This document shows positions 40,851-54,280 of a DNA stretch of 64,000 bases, piece after piece. Each line of letters opens with the position of its first letter. The stretch's first letter is position 1. Origin of the DNA: Felis catus (Eukaryota); the NCBI RefSeq assembly GCF_018350175.1, contig NC_058368.1, positions 213,220,001 through 213,284,000 on the forward strand, in the 5' to 3' direction. The notes beneath the pieces are model-generated. The model was not told the DNA's origin. It saw only the letters and a list, made by a program, of their open reading frames with translations, and ran no database searches. The translations under genes were made by a program, and so were the position numbers.

Positions 40851-43800
40851 TATGAAACTACCATATCCCAGAATAAAATTTAAAGTCAAGGGGCACCTGG
40901 GTGGCTCAGTCAGTTGAGTGTCCGACTTTGGCTCATGCCATGATCTTACGGTTCGTGGGTTTGAGCCCCACATCGGGCTCTGTGCTGACAGCTCAGAGCC
41001 TGGAGCCTGCTTTGGATTCTGTGTCTCCCTCTCTCTCTATCCCTCCTCAGCTTATGTGCATTCTCTTTCAAAAATAAATAAAACTTTAAAAATGTTTAAA
41101 AAAATAATAAAAATAAAGTCAAATAACTGGGGAAGCCATTACACCATAATATAACAGTTGGTATTAATAAAGATATTCAAATCATTTGTATCTGATTCCA
41201 CTAAGAAAAGAATTGGACACAGGCATAAAGATTTGTTACCTAAATGGTCAAGAATTAAACAAATGGAACATACATGTAGTGAACCATTGCATATAATGTT
41301 GTAGCTATGTACTCACTGGCATACCGAGATGTTCACAAATAATACATGTAAAACAAGTATCTGTGTAAGAGTCCACTATTGCCGTACAAGCATCTACATA
41401 TGTATACACATCATAGAAAAAGTTCTAACTCAAAACTATTAGCACTGGTTATCTCTGGGTTACAAGATCCTCAATGACTTTTTTAAGAGATGCAGATGAT
41501 TTGACAATGAACATGGAATACTTTGTTTGAAAGTGTAAATGAACAATATACATGAGTGGACAATTCTCAAAAAAAGATACAAATGGCTGATAACCATATG
41601 AAAACAAAATTTCAACCTTACTACTAAGAAAACACATGCAAATTATTTTTAAAAGGTCATAGACTTTTTGTCAGCCAGATTTACAAAGATTATAAAGATT
41701 GAAAGTATTAATGTCTGAGCTAGTAATACCAAAAATTGCAAAGGCAAAGGCAAGGGTCACTCATTCAGTTGACATCTAAATTGTCTCTCTTTTTTTTTTA
41801 ATGCAAATAAACAGCTGAACTTCAAAGAATTTATCTTAAAAAATTAAATCTAATTAGTAAGTTTACAAACTGTGAGTTCAAATATATTGACTGAAACATT
41901 CTTAGCAAATGTGTAAGATTAAAAACAATTAAAATGTCCACGAGTATTTTATTGAAATACAGCTCAACATCTAAATGGTATCATAGACCAAAGATTCTAA
42001 AGAGGAGTGCCCCTCAAAAATCACTGCTTGTTCAACCTGTTACTCATGACTTGGTGTTAGCTCCCTCAGGAATCTTAGTTCAGGAAAAAAGTTGAAAATA
42101 ACTATGCAGGGGTGCCTGGATGGCTCGGTCGGTTAACCAAGTCTTGATTTTGACTCAGGTCGTGGTCTCATAGTTTGTGGGATCAAGCCCTGTGTCAGAC
42201 TCTGTGCTGACAGTGCAGAGCCTGCTTGGGATTCTCTGTCTCCTCCCTCTGGCCCTCCCCTTCTCGAGCTCCCTCTCTCTCTCTCAAATGAACTTAAAAA
42301 AAAAAAGAAAAGAAAAGAACTATGCATAATAATAATAATACACGAATAAATTTACTTTATAATGTTTAATGAAAAAAATCAGATCACAAAGCCATGTGCA
42401 AAGTATTATCCCTTTTTATTTTAATAGATAAGCGTATATAAAGACCGTTCTTTCTCCAAATCTTTACAGTGGTTACCTCTTGTGTAGTATGATTATGGTT
42501 TGTTCAGTTTGGGACTTTTATTTCTACCTGATTATGAGATTTTCTTGTTTCTATGTTTATATAATAAATTTTATTACATAATAATAAGTGATCACCTGAT
42601 AATTCTTAATTACCACATCATTCTTTAAAAAGAAAAAAAATGGTGTAAAAAGTTTTCACTAGCTCCACATACCTAAGGATAAATTACAAAATCCTTAGCC
42701 TAGCATACAGGGCCCCCTAAACTACAGCTCCAGCCTGTCCTTCCAGTGCCATCTCCCACCACTGCCTGTACTGGAACCAGCAGTGTGATGCCAGGGCAAA
42801 TCCCCAGCTCTTGCCTCTGCCCTTGGTGCACACACATCCTGTCCCCTCTGAGGTCAGCCTTATAGGCCAATGTGGGTGCTCCTTTTCTTACAGAGCCTTT
42901 CCTTTGGGGATGGGGAGGGTGTGGCCCTGGCACACAAGGAGCCCAGGAAAAAAGTAGAGTAGAGAAGCCTTCTAAAATGAATCCAGGGGCGCCTGGGTGA
43001 CTCAGTTGGTTAAGCGTCTGACTCTGGGGCTCAGGTCATGATCTCACGGTTTGGTGAATTTGAGCCCCGCATGGGGCTGTGTGCTGATGGTGTGGCGCCT
43101 GCTTGGGATTCTCTCTCTCCCTCCCTCCCTCTCTCTCTCTGCCCTTCCCCTACTCACGCTGTCACTGTCTGTCTCAAAATAAATAAATAAACTTAAAAAA
43201 TTAAAAAGGAAAAATAAAGATGAATCTGGATCGGTGTGAGGGTTTGGCGGGGGAAGGGGTGTGCCTGGCTGGCTCAATCAGGGGAGCCTGTGATTCTTGA
43301 TCTTGGGGTTGTGCGTCTGAGCCCCAAGCTGGGTGTAGAGGTTACTTAAAAAGGAAATAAAGAAATAAAAGGAAAAAAATGAATCGCTTATTTCTCTAAT
43401 CTTGTGTGGTTTCAGATTAAGTTTCTCTTAGTATTTTCTCTTCAGCTGATGTTGTCTCACATGATGTGGGAGAACGCACTGATTCCCCCCTCCTCCCCCC
43501 ACCACCTCTCTGGGCCCCCAGTTTCAGCTGAGCCACAGAATTTCTTTTTGGATTTCTTAAACCTGTGTAAGATATTTGCAAAGGCTGAAATTGTCTTGCC
43601 TGGTGCTTTGCTTGGCTGCCCCGAGACTCTGTTCCAGAGACCAGGTGAATGAATGGTGAATAGACCCCAGTGTCCTGCAGGGAAATAGGGAAATGGGGAA
43701 ATGGCCACCCATTAACAGTGCTCAAGCAGAAAAATGACTGTAAAAAATATTGAGATGTTTCTTTGCAGTCATTTCTATCCCTTGCATTCTCTCTCTTTTT

Positions 43801-46214
43801 TTTTTTTTTTTTTGCCTTTGGACAAAAAAGGATATTTAAAAAACAATTTTGATTACATTTTCACTTTGGTACAGATAACTATTTCAGATATAAAACAGTG
43901 GGCCTTTCACAACCTCTGTGTTCTTTTACAACCACCTGAACAATGAGCCTTTCAGGTTTTCAGTGAGTAGGAATGGGTCAGCCAAGCTCAAAACAGGCTT
44001 GACTGCACTTTCAACAAAGATCACATACCCCGGCAGGGAGGGAGGGGCAGCCCGTTTGTATTTGAAAAGGTTCTCCTGGCCCCTGTGACACCAACAGCTT
44101 CCTTCTGCCGTCTAAGATGATTAGGCTGCAAAAACCGGTGGCCCTCCTCCATGGAGAAGAGGTGCCCAACCCCACTTCTTCCAGTTTCAAACCAGGTGCA
44201 GCCCTGAACAAAACTGGAAAGGAAGAGAAGATTCTTTCAGTGCCGTCTTCCTGCAAATTAGAGACTAAACACCCTGGGTGTCAGGTCCCTCAATTTTTCC
44301 CAACCACCTCTGGAGTACCAGGACTTCTAAGATCTAAACGTGGTGCTTTGGGGTGCCCTAGTGGCTCAGTCGGTTGAGCGCCCCTCTCTTGATGTTGGCT
44401 CAGTTCATGATCCCCGGATTGTGGGGTTCGGGATTGTGGGGCCGAGCCCTGTGTCGGGCTCCATGCTGAATGTCAAGCCTGCTTGATATTCTGTCTCCAT
44501 CTGTCCTTCTCCCCTGCTCATGCTCTCTCTCTCTCTCTCTTAAAAAAAAAATTTAACAAATGAACATAACGTTTTGATTTCAATTAAAATTTGGAGGAAT
44601 AATACATTATTTTTATTTTGTGATACACATTCTCCACATGATTGTATGACATGTGAAGCATGAAGTTGTGTCAATTTTAATAATTTGAGATATCGGGGAA
44701 CCTGGGTGACTCGGTCAGTTAAGCGTCCGACGTCAGCTTAGGTCATGATCTCACATTCCGTGGGCTCCAGCCCCGAATCAGGCTCTGTGCTAACAGCTCA
44801 GAGTCTGGAGCCTGCTTCATTCTATATCTCCTTCTCTCTCTGCCCCTCCCCCCCCCCACCACTCTGTCTCTCTCTTTCAAAAATAAATAAACATTAAAAA
44901 TGTTTTAAAATAATAATAATTTGAGACATCAACAAACTTTTCTCATTCCTCTCCTGGAGATCATCTCTGAATCAGATGCCAGATCTTGACTTCTATCATC
45001 CTGGGACGAGTCAAGAGAAATCTGAAAAGGAAAGCCAACCAAAATAGCAGTTTTTTTCTGCCTGCTGCTTCCTCCTGCCCCCCCCCCCCCCCATGCCTGT
45101 GCCCCCCGCCCCTACCTGGGGCTCTGAGCTGGGCAGAGAGCTAACCTGGGAGAGAAAGAGCAGAGTGAGAAGCAGGTGGTGTCTGTGCACTAACCCTGCT
45201 CCCCAGTTACTCCATCACTTAGGAAAGCTGAGAGAGGGGAAGAGGGAGCCTGGGGGTACGAGCCTGAGCCTGGCACCCCCAGAGGGGACTTGGAGTATGT
45301 GGTGGCCCTGCTGACAGTCTCTCCTCCCCTGCCTCCAGGCAGAGCATGGTTGAAACTGTGGTGGCCTTTCCAGGTGCTGGAGACCTTGCAAAGCCTCTTG
45401 ACGCTTCTGTGTCTCCCAACGGCTTTGGAAATGATCCACAGTATTCAGTGGCCCTCAAGTGAGACATAGAAAGTAATTAGGAAAGAAGGCTGAGTGCCTC
45501 ACAGAGGAAACGGGGACACGCCATGTCAGCCAGCTGCACAGGGGCAGGACGGAGAGATCGCAGGCCGAGTCTGCACCCTCTGAACCCAGCAGCTTCCCTG
45601 CCCAGGAACACGCAGCACCAGCAATGGGACAGAGGCAGGGAGGCCAACAACCTGTCCTGGCCCCTGCCCCTGCCCCACCCCAGGCCTGGCTGGGGCTTTG
45701 TGTACCTTACAGCCTTTAATTCAACCCAGAGAGTAGGAGAAGGGAGCTGGGAAATGGATTGTGAATGGCTTAGAAGACTTGAAGTGACAAAGATAAAGCT
45801 CAGAAGTAACCAGAATTAGTTGCCTGCATTAGACCCCTCTCTCTGGCCTAGAACTCACGTTCGGAAAGAAGATTGTGTTACAGAAATAAGTCTCAGGGTG
45901 GCCCTGATCAGCGTGATCTCTGGCCAGTCATTTTACTTCTGTCCGCCTTGTGACATCCCCACCCCCCCCCTCCTCAAAACGAAGGGGGTGGCCTAGCTGC
46001 TGACTCAAGCAGGCTTTCTCCAGCAGGCTGCCTGTGCCTGTGTGCACAGAGGGCGCCAGAGGACGTTTGTGTGCCCAGAGGACAGAGAAGGAATGGGCCC
46101 AGCCTCCTCCTCCTTTATCATCTTTCTTGATCGCCTGCGGAGCTGAGGAGATTCCCCAGCCCGTGCTGAGAATACAGGAAGTGAAGCATTCCTATGAAGC
46201 CTATTCTTTTTTTA

Positions 46215-46399
46215 TTATAATTTTTAAAATTTAAATTCTACTTAGTTAACATACAGTGCAACATTGGTTTCAGGAGTAGAATTCAGGGAAGCCTCGGTGG
46301 CTTAGTCAATTAAGTGTCACACCCTTGATTTCAGCTCAGGTCATGATCTCATGGTTTATAAATTCCAGAGCTCTGTGCTGGCATTGAGGAGTCTGCTTG

Positions 46400-46446
<47 letters not shown>

Positions 46447-46695
46447 CTCTCCCCTGCCCTCAAAATAAACATTAAAAAAAGGAGTAAAATTCAGTGATTT
46501 GTCACTTACATACGATACCCAGTGCTCATCATAATGAGTGTCCTCCTTAATACCCTTCACCCATCTAGCCCATCCCCACACACCTCCCTCTAGCAACCCT
46601 CACTGTGTTCTCCACCTTTAAGAGTCTCTTGTGGTTTGTTTCTCTCCTCTTCCCCCAACCCCTCCTGTCCCATGTGTTATCTGTTTTGTCTATGA
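46215..46695 (-). mobile_element. Carnivore L1 3'-end fragment with nested SINE
   Basis: TTAGTTAACATACAGTG...CCCAGTGCTCATC...CCCTCTAGCAACCC, same family as the copies at 20540, 23760 and about 9415-9565. Confidence 0.75.
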
Positions 46696-49600
46696 AACCT
46701 ATTCTAAGCCTAAATGGCATAAGCAAAGAAGCAATTACCATCTGTAAAAGAAAAAAATTGTCTTTGGTTATTTTTTTATTTTCGTTTGCAAAAACAGGTA
46801 CTAATGTGGGTCTTTCGTAAAGGCGGAGTAGTGTAACACAAACTTTTGGATAGTGGGGGAAATCTGTACCTTCCATTCACCACTTTTTAGATAGTCCTGT
46901 AGAGGGCACAGTTTCCTTGTCCCAGAGGCTTCCAGGGTTCAGGAATGTCAGTGACTCCAGCAGGTTCTGAAGGCTTTCCATCAATCTGATAATCTCTTCA
47001 AAGCACCAAGGATAGTGCTTTAGGAACTATCTAGAAGCACAGGAGGGTCTCCTATGACCGTGAGAAGCTCCAGGCATAGCTGTAGGAAAGAAGACAAAGG
47101 TGAGGCCCTTTTGCAGGGATTCCAAGACATATGCAAGTTCATGGACCAATACAGCATACAGATCCTGGTTGTTTAGGGATTCAGAAGAGCTCTACCCTGG
47201 TTCCGACAGTCTCCAAGGAAGATGTCAAAGAGGTGGTAACATTGAGGTCAGACCATGATGGATGGATCGATTTGGGAACTACCATGGAGACAGAAAATGG
47301 CAATGCCTTATAAAAAGCTCTTGCTTTTATTTTTTGTAAGTTTATTTATTTATTTTGAGAGAGATAGGGTATGTGCGTGCACCTGGGGAAGGGGCAGAAA
47401 GATAGAGAGAGACGGACAGACAGACAGAGAGAAAGAGGGAGAGACAGAGAGAATCCCAATCAGGCTCGCTGTCAGTGCAGAGCCCTACTTGGGGCTCAAT
47501 CTCACGAACCGGGAGATTGTGACGTGAACTGAAATCAAGAGTCGGATGCTTAACCGACTGAGCTACCCAAGTGCCCCAAGTCTCTTGCTTTTAAGTTAAA
47601 ATCCAACGTATGTATTTTAATTGTTCACTTTATTTATTTGTTTGTTTATTTATTTATTTATTTATTTATTATTTATTTATTTATAATTTTTTTTAACGTT
47701 TATTCATTTTTGAGAGACAGAGCATGCACGAGAGGGGAAGGAGCAGAGAGGGAGACACAGAATCCGAAGCAGGCTCCACGCTCTGAGCTGTCAGCACAGA
47801 GCCCAACTCAGGGCTTGAACTCTGACCATGACCTGAGCTGAAGTCAGATGCCCAACCAACTGAGCCACGCAGGCGCCCCTATTGTTCACTTTAAAATAGC
47901 TAATTTTGGGGCGCCTGGGTGGCTCAGTCAGTTAAGCATCCGACTTCAGCTCAGGTCAGAGCCTGGAGCCTGCTTCGGATTCTGTGTTTCTCTCCCTGCC
48001 CCTCCCCTGCTTGTGCTTGCTCTCTCTCTCAAAATAAATAAACATAACAAAATAAAATGGCTAATTTTATGTTATCTGACTTTCATCTCAATTTAAAAAA
48101 GTCTATGGGAGATAACTGTTTCTGTGCGTGTGTGATTTTAAATTAATTTGTTGTTGAGCCAGGTAATAATTCTGATAGTTTAAAATCCAGAGGTATAAAA
48201 GAAAGTACAGTGAAACTTTTCTTTCTATCTTTCTTCCAAACACCTAGTTCCCCCTCTAAAAGCAACTAGTGTCATATTTCCCTTTGTATCTATCCAAAGG
48301 TGTTCTATGAAAATATAAGGATCTATGTATCCTAGTCTTTATTTCCACTCTGTTTTACACAAATGGTAGCCTACTCTGCCTGCTGTTGTGCATCCCGCTT
48401 TAATCACTGACTGTGCTGTGTCCATCACACCTTGTGTACCAACATTCTAAACACTTTATATTCATTAACTTATTTAATCCTCACAACAATCCTATGAAGT
48501 AGATGCCATTAGAATCCTCATAACCCTCATTTTAAATATTTTTAAAAGTTTGTTTGTTTGTTTACTTAGTCATCTCTAAACCCAACATGGGGCTCAAACT
48601 TCTGACCCAGAGGTCAAGAATTGCATGCTCTTCTGATTAGCCAGCCAGGTGCCCCCAGTAGCTCTCATTTTATAGGTGAGAAAATTGAGACTAAGAAGAT
48701 AAATGGCTAGTTAAAAGTCACACACATAATAATTGTTGGAGCCAGGACTTGAACCCAAGCAGCCTAACTCCAGAATATTCGCTTTTTAACCACTAAACTT
48801 CACAGCCTCTACCTAAAAATTTTCTCATTCTTTATTACAGTTGCATAGTATCCCGCTCTATGGCTGTACCATAATTTATTCAAACAATCCCTACTGATGA
48901 ATATTAGACTTTTCCAAACTTCTGTTGTTTTAAAGTTGCTACAGTGAGTAGGCTTGGATACATGGCATTTCACACATGTATGAGTGTATCTGTAGGATCT
49001 TTCAGAAGTGAAATTATTGATACAGTTTTTGATAGATATTGCAAAGTTGCCCTCCCTCTTGCCCCATCAATTACCCCATCCTCCCCGCCCCACCAGTAAT
49101 GGATGAGAATCTCTGTTTCCTATCTTCACTGAGGGCTCACTTAATATTGTGGCATCCGATTAATGGTTATTAGCTAGTTATAAAGGAGTCTATCTCTACT
49201 CTAGAGAACTTCTGGTCTTATTGGGAGAGTCTGGGAGACAAGTCACAGTGAACCATCAGTAAATCTTTATTTAATGAAAAACGAATCAGGCCATTAACTT
49301 GTGTTTTGAAGAAGATAGAATATAGATCATAGAGTAGGCTCATCAAGAACCCCTAACATGTGACCATCTTAAGTTGGATGTTTTATAGGGGAAAAAATTA
49401 CCAGAAAAGTCTTTGTTTACAATTCTGAGTCTGCCTAGCAGGCTGTCATATTGTAGTACCACAAGATTGAGAACAATCCAAATATTAAAAAAACTTCTTT
49501 TTTTTAATGTTTATTCATTTATGAGAGAGAGAGAGACAGAGTGCAAGCCAGGGAGGGGCAGAGAGAGAGGGAGACACAGAATCCAAAGCAGGCTCCAGGC

Positions 49601-50134
49601 TCTGAGCTGTCAGCACAGAGTCTGATGTGGGGCTCGAACTCACAAACTATGAAATCATGACCTGAGCCGAAGTCGGACGCTTAACCAACAGAGCCACCCA
49701 GGTACCCCCAGAGAACAATGCAAATGCTTCCTTCTTTAAAAAAATTTTTTTTTATGATTTTATTTTTGAGAGAGAGACACAGAGCAGGGGAGGGGCAGAG
49801 AGAGATGGAGACAGAATCCAAAGCAGACTCCAGGCTCTGAGCTGTCAGCGCAGAGCCTGATGTGGGGCTTGAACTCACAGACTACGAGATCATGACCTGA
49901 GTCAAAGTCAGACGCCCAACCGCCTGAGCCACCCAGGTGCCCCCAAATGCTTCTTAATCCAGGTCCATTACTCACCATCCTCAGAAGAAGGTTGAAAGAG
50001 CCCTGGCTACAGCAAGAGGCTAAAGAATTTTCTTTTTCCCGTGAAAGAAGAGGGTAAGTCTTCAGATCCAGACTATTTGCTAAAGTTGAAATTTGGCAAG
50101 TGGTCATTAAATGACATGTGCATCTTAGTCTTTG

Positions 50135-50347
50135 AATATATATATATTACATATGATATATGTAACATATGTTAATATAGTATACTACATGTAATATATC
50201 ATATATAACATATATAATCGTATGTATATTACATGTCACATGTATATCATATATTACATGTATAACGCATTACATGTAATACATCATATGTAACATATCA
50301 TATATATACATATATATTATATATATATATATACACACATACATACA
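50135..50347. repeat. Degenerate TA/CATATA-rich low-complexity tract
   Basis: Alternating purine-pyrimidine AT-rich units (ATATG, TACATG, CATATA) ending in (TA)n(CA)n. Confidence 0.85.
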
Positions 50348-53099
50348 TTATTTATTGATTTTAAATTCAGACCCTAGTTTAAATTTGGCCTAGTATCTAA
50401 GTGATTTAAAAGTGGAGGTTCTAATCTGGATGCCAAAGTTCAAACTCTTGCTTCCTCCACTTAGTAATCAATTGCTGCCCGGGATGCTTTTCATCTGATA
50501 ATATTTCACTCACGCAGGTGCAAATATTGGTAGAGTTCCTACTACATGCCTGGCACCAGATAAAGGTGAATAACACACACAAATAGGCTGCTTCAAGTGA
50601 CTCCAAGAGGAGGAAATGCAAATGTGGCTAGGCTTAACTATTTACCAAAGGAAACCGTTTTCTCTCCATTTTGGAACATGCTGTCAGTTTCACTTGTCTG
50701 TGGGAAGCACTGCCTTTGGTCTGGCACTTGTTTTCATGGGAGCTAAGATTTGTTCCTATTTATAATTCTCCGAGAAAGCTTAGGGCAGTATTAGGAGAAA
50801 AGAGTGACTTTAAAGTATTGTGTGTAAATTAAACTATTTCAAGGTCTAAGGGCTTCCATCTGTGTTTATTAATAGATGGAGAATTATTTGACCTCAGCAT
50901 GACAGGAATTTTTCAATCAGCTGAGAGAGACTCTCCCAAGGAGATCTGACCCACACCCTAAAGATTAAGTAAAAATATGCTCATAGCTGGAGAACCTTAA
51001 GAGCAAGATGGAAACAGATGTTAGTTTATTCTCCATCTTTATTCCCTTACTGCTCCTTAAAGAAAAGATGTTTTGTTTTTTCATTTGTTTGTTTATTTTC
51101 ATTTTTTTCTGCAGAAAGGCCTTTGCTGGGCACACAGGGGCGAGTCTAACGTCAGGGTGACGGGACAGGGCACATCCTGCAGAAGAGCAGGGGTGGCATC
51201 CCTGCCCAGGGGCAGCCTGAATGCACTAAGGTCTGGCTCTTCAGACAGGCTCAGGGGAGGTCTGCCCACAATGGCTTTAGGCCCCTCCGTCATGGAGATG
51301 CCATCCTGACATGGGGACCATGGGTCCTTGCTCTCATGGCTGCCTTGGCTGCTCTCAGGGAGCACTGTGAGGTGGGATAGAGGGCTTGGGAGGGCCCATC
51401 AGGAAGGAGACAGGCTACATGATGGAGAGGAGGGAGACTGGGCTGTGTGGTAGGCCCAGAAACTTCTGGGCACTTCAGTCGTGATATGTGGAAGCAATGG
51501 GAGATGCTGGCCCCAAGATTGAGGTCCAGGTCAGAGCAGAACAGTTGGATCTAGAGCTGGTTTTAACTTGGGCCCTGCTGAAAGTGAATGGTTATCATTG
51601 GAACAGAGAACTGAAGAGAAAGAGGAGTTAGTCTCCAGCATTCTCCGTAGCACACAGCTCTGGGCACACATGTGGTACACATTCCCCATATTCACACAGA
51701 TAGATGCAGGTGGCTGTACACTTATGTACACACATGGTCATACACACCAGAAGGCACGTGTGCAGACACCCACATGCACAAGTACAGATATAATTGTAGG
51801 AAAGCATGGGTTCTTAATGGGGCACCTGGCTGGCTCAGTCAGTGGAACATGTGACTCTCGATCTCAGGGTTGTGAGTTTGAACCCCACATTGGGTGTGGA
51901 TCCTACCTCTAAGGGCCAGCCTTATGTGACTGCACTAGTTGGATGTCCAAGAAGCCAGCCCTGGCCACAGGTGCCCAAGCTAAATATGCTATAGTGGAAG
52001 ACTGTGGAAATCCAAACTCCTCTGAAAAGCAAGAAAGTAAAAATTTGCTCAGACTGTCATTTCACTTTGAAAGTAAAAATTGTTGTGAAGTTTAAGTGAT
52101 GTTTTAGTCTGGACAAATAACTTCATTCCTCAACACCTCTCTACAGAGTGTCTTTATGAAGCCTGACGTGGCCTTCTCAAATAGAATTGACGGCTTTCAT
52201 CATGCTCCTTCCTAATTTGTGTAATTACAATGTTAAACATTTGGGCTTTGGAATCATACAAAGCTGGGTTCGAATCCTAGTTCTGTCAGTGACTAGTTGT
52301 GAGACCTGGGCAAATTACTTGCATCTAGTTTCTCACCTGAAAACCAGGATAATGCTATGCATCTGTGGCCCCAGGGCCGCTATACTTGTTAGGCTTAATA
52401 ATGGCAGTCTAGCTGGAAATGAGGCTACAGGACTTGTCCTGAAACTATGTTTGCAAAACTAAGCACATTCACTTTCACTTAGATTTTTGGTTTATTTGGA
52501 GTGGCTTTGGGAAGCATGCTTATGGAGATGAAGAGGGCAAAAAGCATTAGTCACAGTGCCTGACACAGAAAAAATTAACTGCCAATATTTACTAGCTTTT
52601 CATACTAAATTTCTTGACAGCGGGGCCCTGTTTTATTCACTTGTGTCTAGCATAATGCTTAGCACCAAATGTGAAATGAAAATGGATTTTCTTTGCAATT
52701 TGCACTAAAAATGAGGATTTTATCGATAACTTGGGAGAGTGGATAAAATAAGTCTCTTAAGGGCTTTTGTATTGTTACAAACACAAAGAAACAGGGGCGC
52801 CTGGGTGACTCAGTTGGTTAAGCGGTGGACTTGGGGTCAGGCCATGATCTCATGGTTTGTGAGTTTGAGCCCCCATATGGGGCTCTCTGCTGTCAGCCCA
52901 GAGCCTGCTTGGGATCCTCTGTCTCCCTCTCTCTGTGCCTCTCTCCCACTCACACACTCTCTCTCTCAAAAATAAATGAATATTAAAAAAAGAGACACAA
53001 ACAAAAACAAGTGGAAAAATGAGGCTGACAAGGCCTTTTATGATGAAACATTCAAACCTATTCCTAAGTGCCTGTTAACACTTGAATTGTCTCATCTTT

Positions 53100-54280
53100 G
53101 TCTACATTCAAAGTAATAAACCTGGACGTCATCGATGTGTATCCGGAACTCATACGGGGGATTTCGATACACCACACTTCTGGAAGTTTTACACCAAGAC
53201 GGCAAGCAAGAAGAGAACCAAGGCAAAGAACAACTGCTCTCAACTTAGTGACCGTAGGATCATTGGACGACAGCGACATTCTTGCTATCCAATCGCCGGG
53301 GAGTCCGGAGAGAACGCTCTCTGGATTGGTCTGAGGAAACATCTCTCCAGGTTCATTCAAGAAGTAGCTTGGCGTGGGGCTCCGGCCGGTAGTGCCTTCT
53401 GGCCAATCACAGAACGGATGAGGCGGGTTCTGCCGGAGTGGAGCCTATCTCTGAAGGCGAATCTGCGCCCGACAGACCCGCCCGCCGCGAGCGGAGGGGG
53501 CGTGGTCTCCGGCTGCGGGTTCCCGACTCCCTGGGCTCGAGCGCGGAGTGGGCGGGGCGAGCGGTGTCAGCGGCGGAGCCGGATGCGGGCGTCGCCGGGG
53601 CCGCAGCGGCCCTGGGGATGGGCGGAGCCCCAGCCGCCAGTGCTGGTGGCCGCCGCCGCTGCCGGAGCCCGAGCGGCCGCCTCTGCTCCCGCGCGTCGCT
53701 GCTTCCTAGGGCGGCGGTATGCTGGGGAAAGGGGTAGTCGGCGGTGGCGGCGGCACCAAGGCGCCCAAGCCCTCCTTCGTGTCGTACGTGCGCCCAGAGG
53801 TGAGGGGGCTCCGCGCGGGCGGGGCGTCAGGCTGGAGCTGCCGGGGCTAGGGGCGCCGGGAGCCCCCTCCCCGCTGCGGGGGAGGGCCGCGGGCGCTTCC
53901 TGTGCGGGTGCGGGAGGAGAGCCGGGCGGGGTGAGGCCCTCGGGGGCGCGCTGAGATCTGTCGCGGGCTGAGGTGGGGACCTCCGGCGCGGGCCGGCAGG
54001 TGCCGGAGCGCAGGGCCCGGTCGCTGGCGACCAGGTGAAGGGGCCTGAGCCGGGAAGGTGCTGCGGCCCGGGACCCCCCTTGCCTACCTTGGCGAGGAGC
54101 TGGGGTTCTGGGCACCGCGCGGGAGGGGAAGGGCTGGACGCTCCGGGCTCCCGTGGGGACCTACCCGGAGCCCGCCGTCTGGGTGGGTCTGCCCTTGGAA
54201 TTTCTCAGTTGAGTCTTCAGAGCTGCCTGCTTCTAAGAGGGCTGTCTGATGCCGCCGGCGGGATACCGTGCACTGCCTCC
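53100..54280 (+). promoter_or_regulatory. MTMR12: CpG-island promoter of MTMR12
   Basis: Sharp GC/CpG enrichment. CCAAT boxes at 53262 (ATTGG), 53289, 53325 (ATTGG) and 53403; GC boxes GGGGCGTGG 53497 and TGGGCGGGGC 53549. No obvious TATA box. Confidence 0.88.
53719..53799 (+). CDS. MTMR12: MTMR12 (myotubularin-related protein 12 / 3-PAP) first coding exon
   Basis: Encodes MLGKGVVGGGGGTKAPKPSFVSYVRPE, matching the recalled MTMR12 N-terminus. In-frame TAG at 53707, GAG|GTGAGG donor, inside a CpG island. ZFR-MTMR12 adjacency agrees with recalled human gene order. I did not find exon 2 in the window. Confidence 0.93.

Noticed and set aside
53098..53334. Protein-looking 78-aa ORF upstream of MTMR12
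   Set aside because: TTG start, no recognisable homology or splice support; overlaps the CCAAT promoter region.
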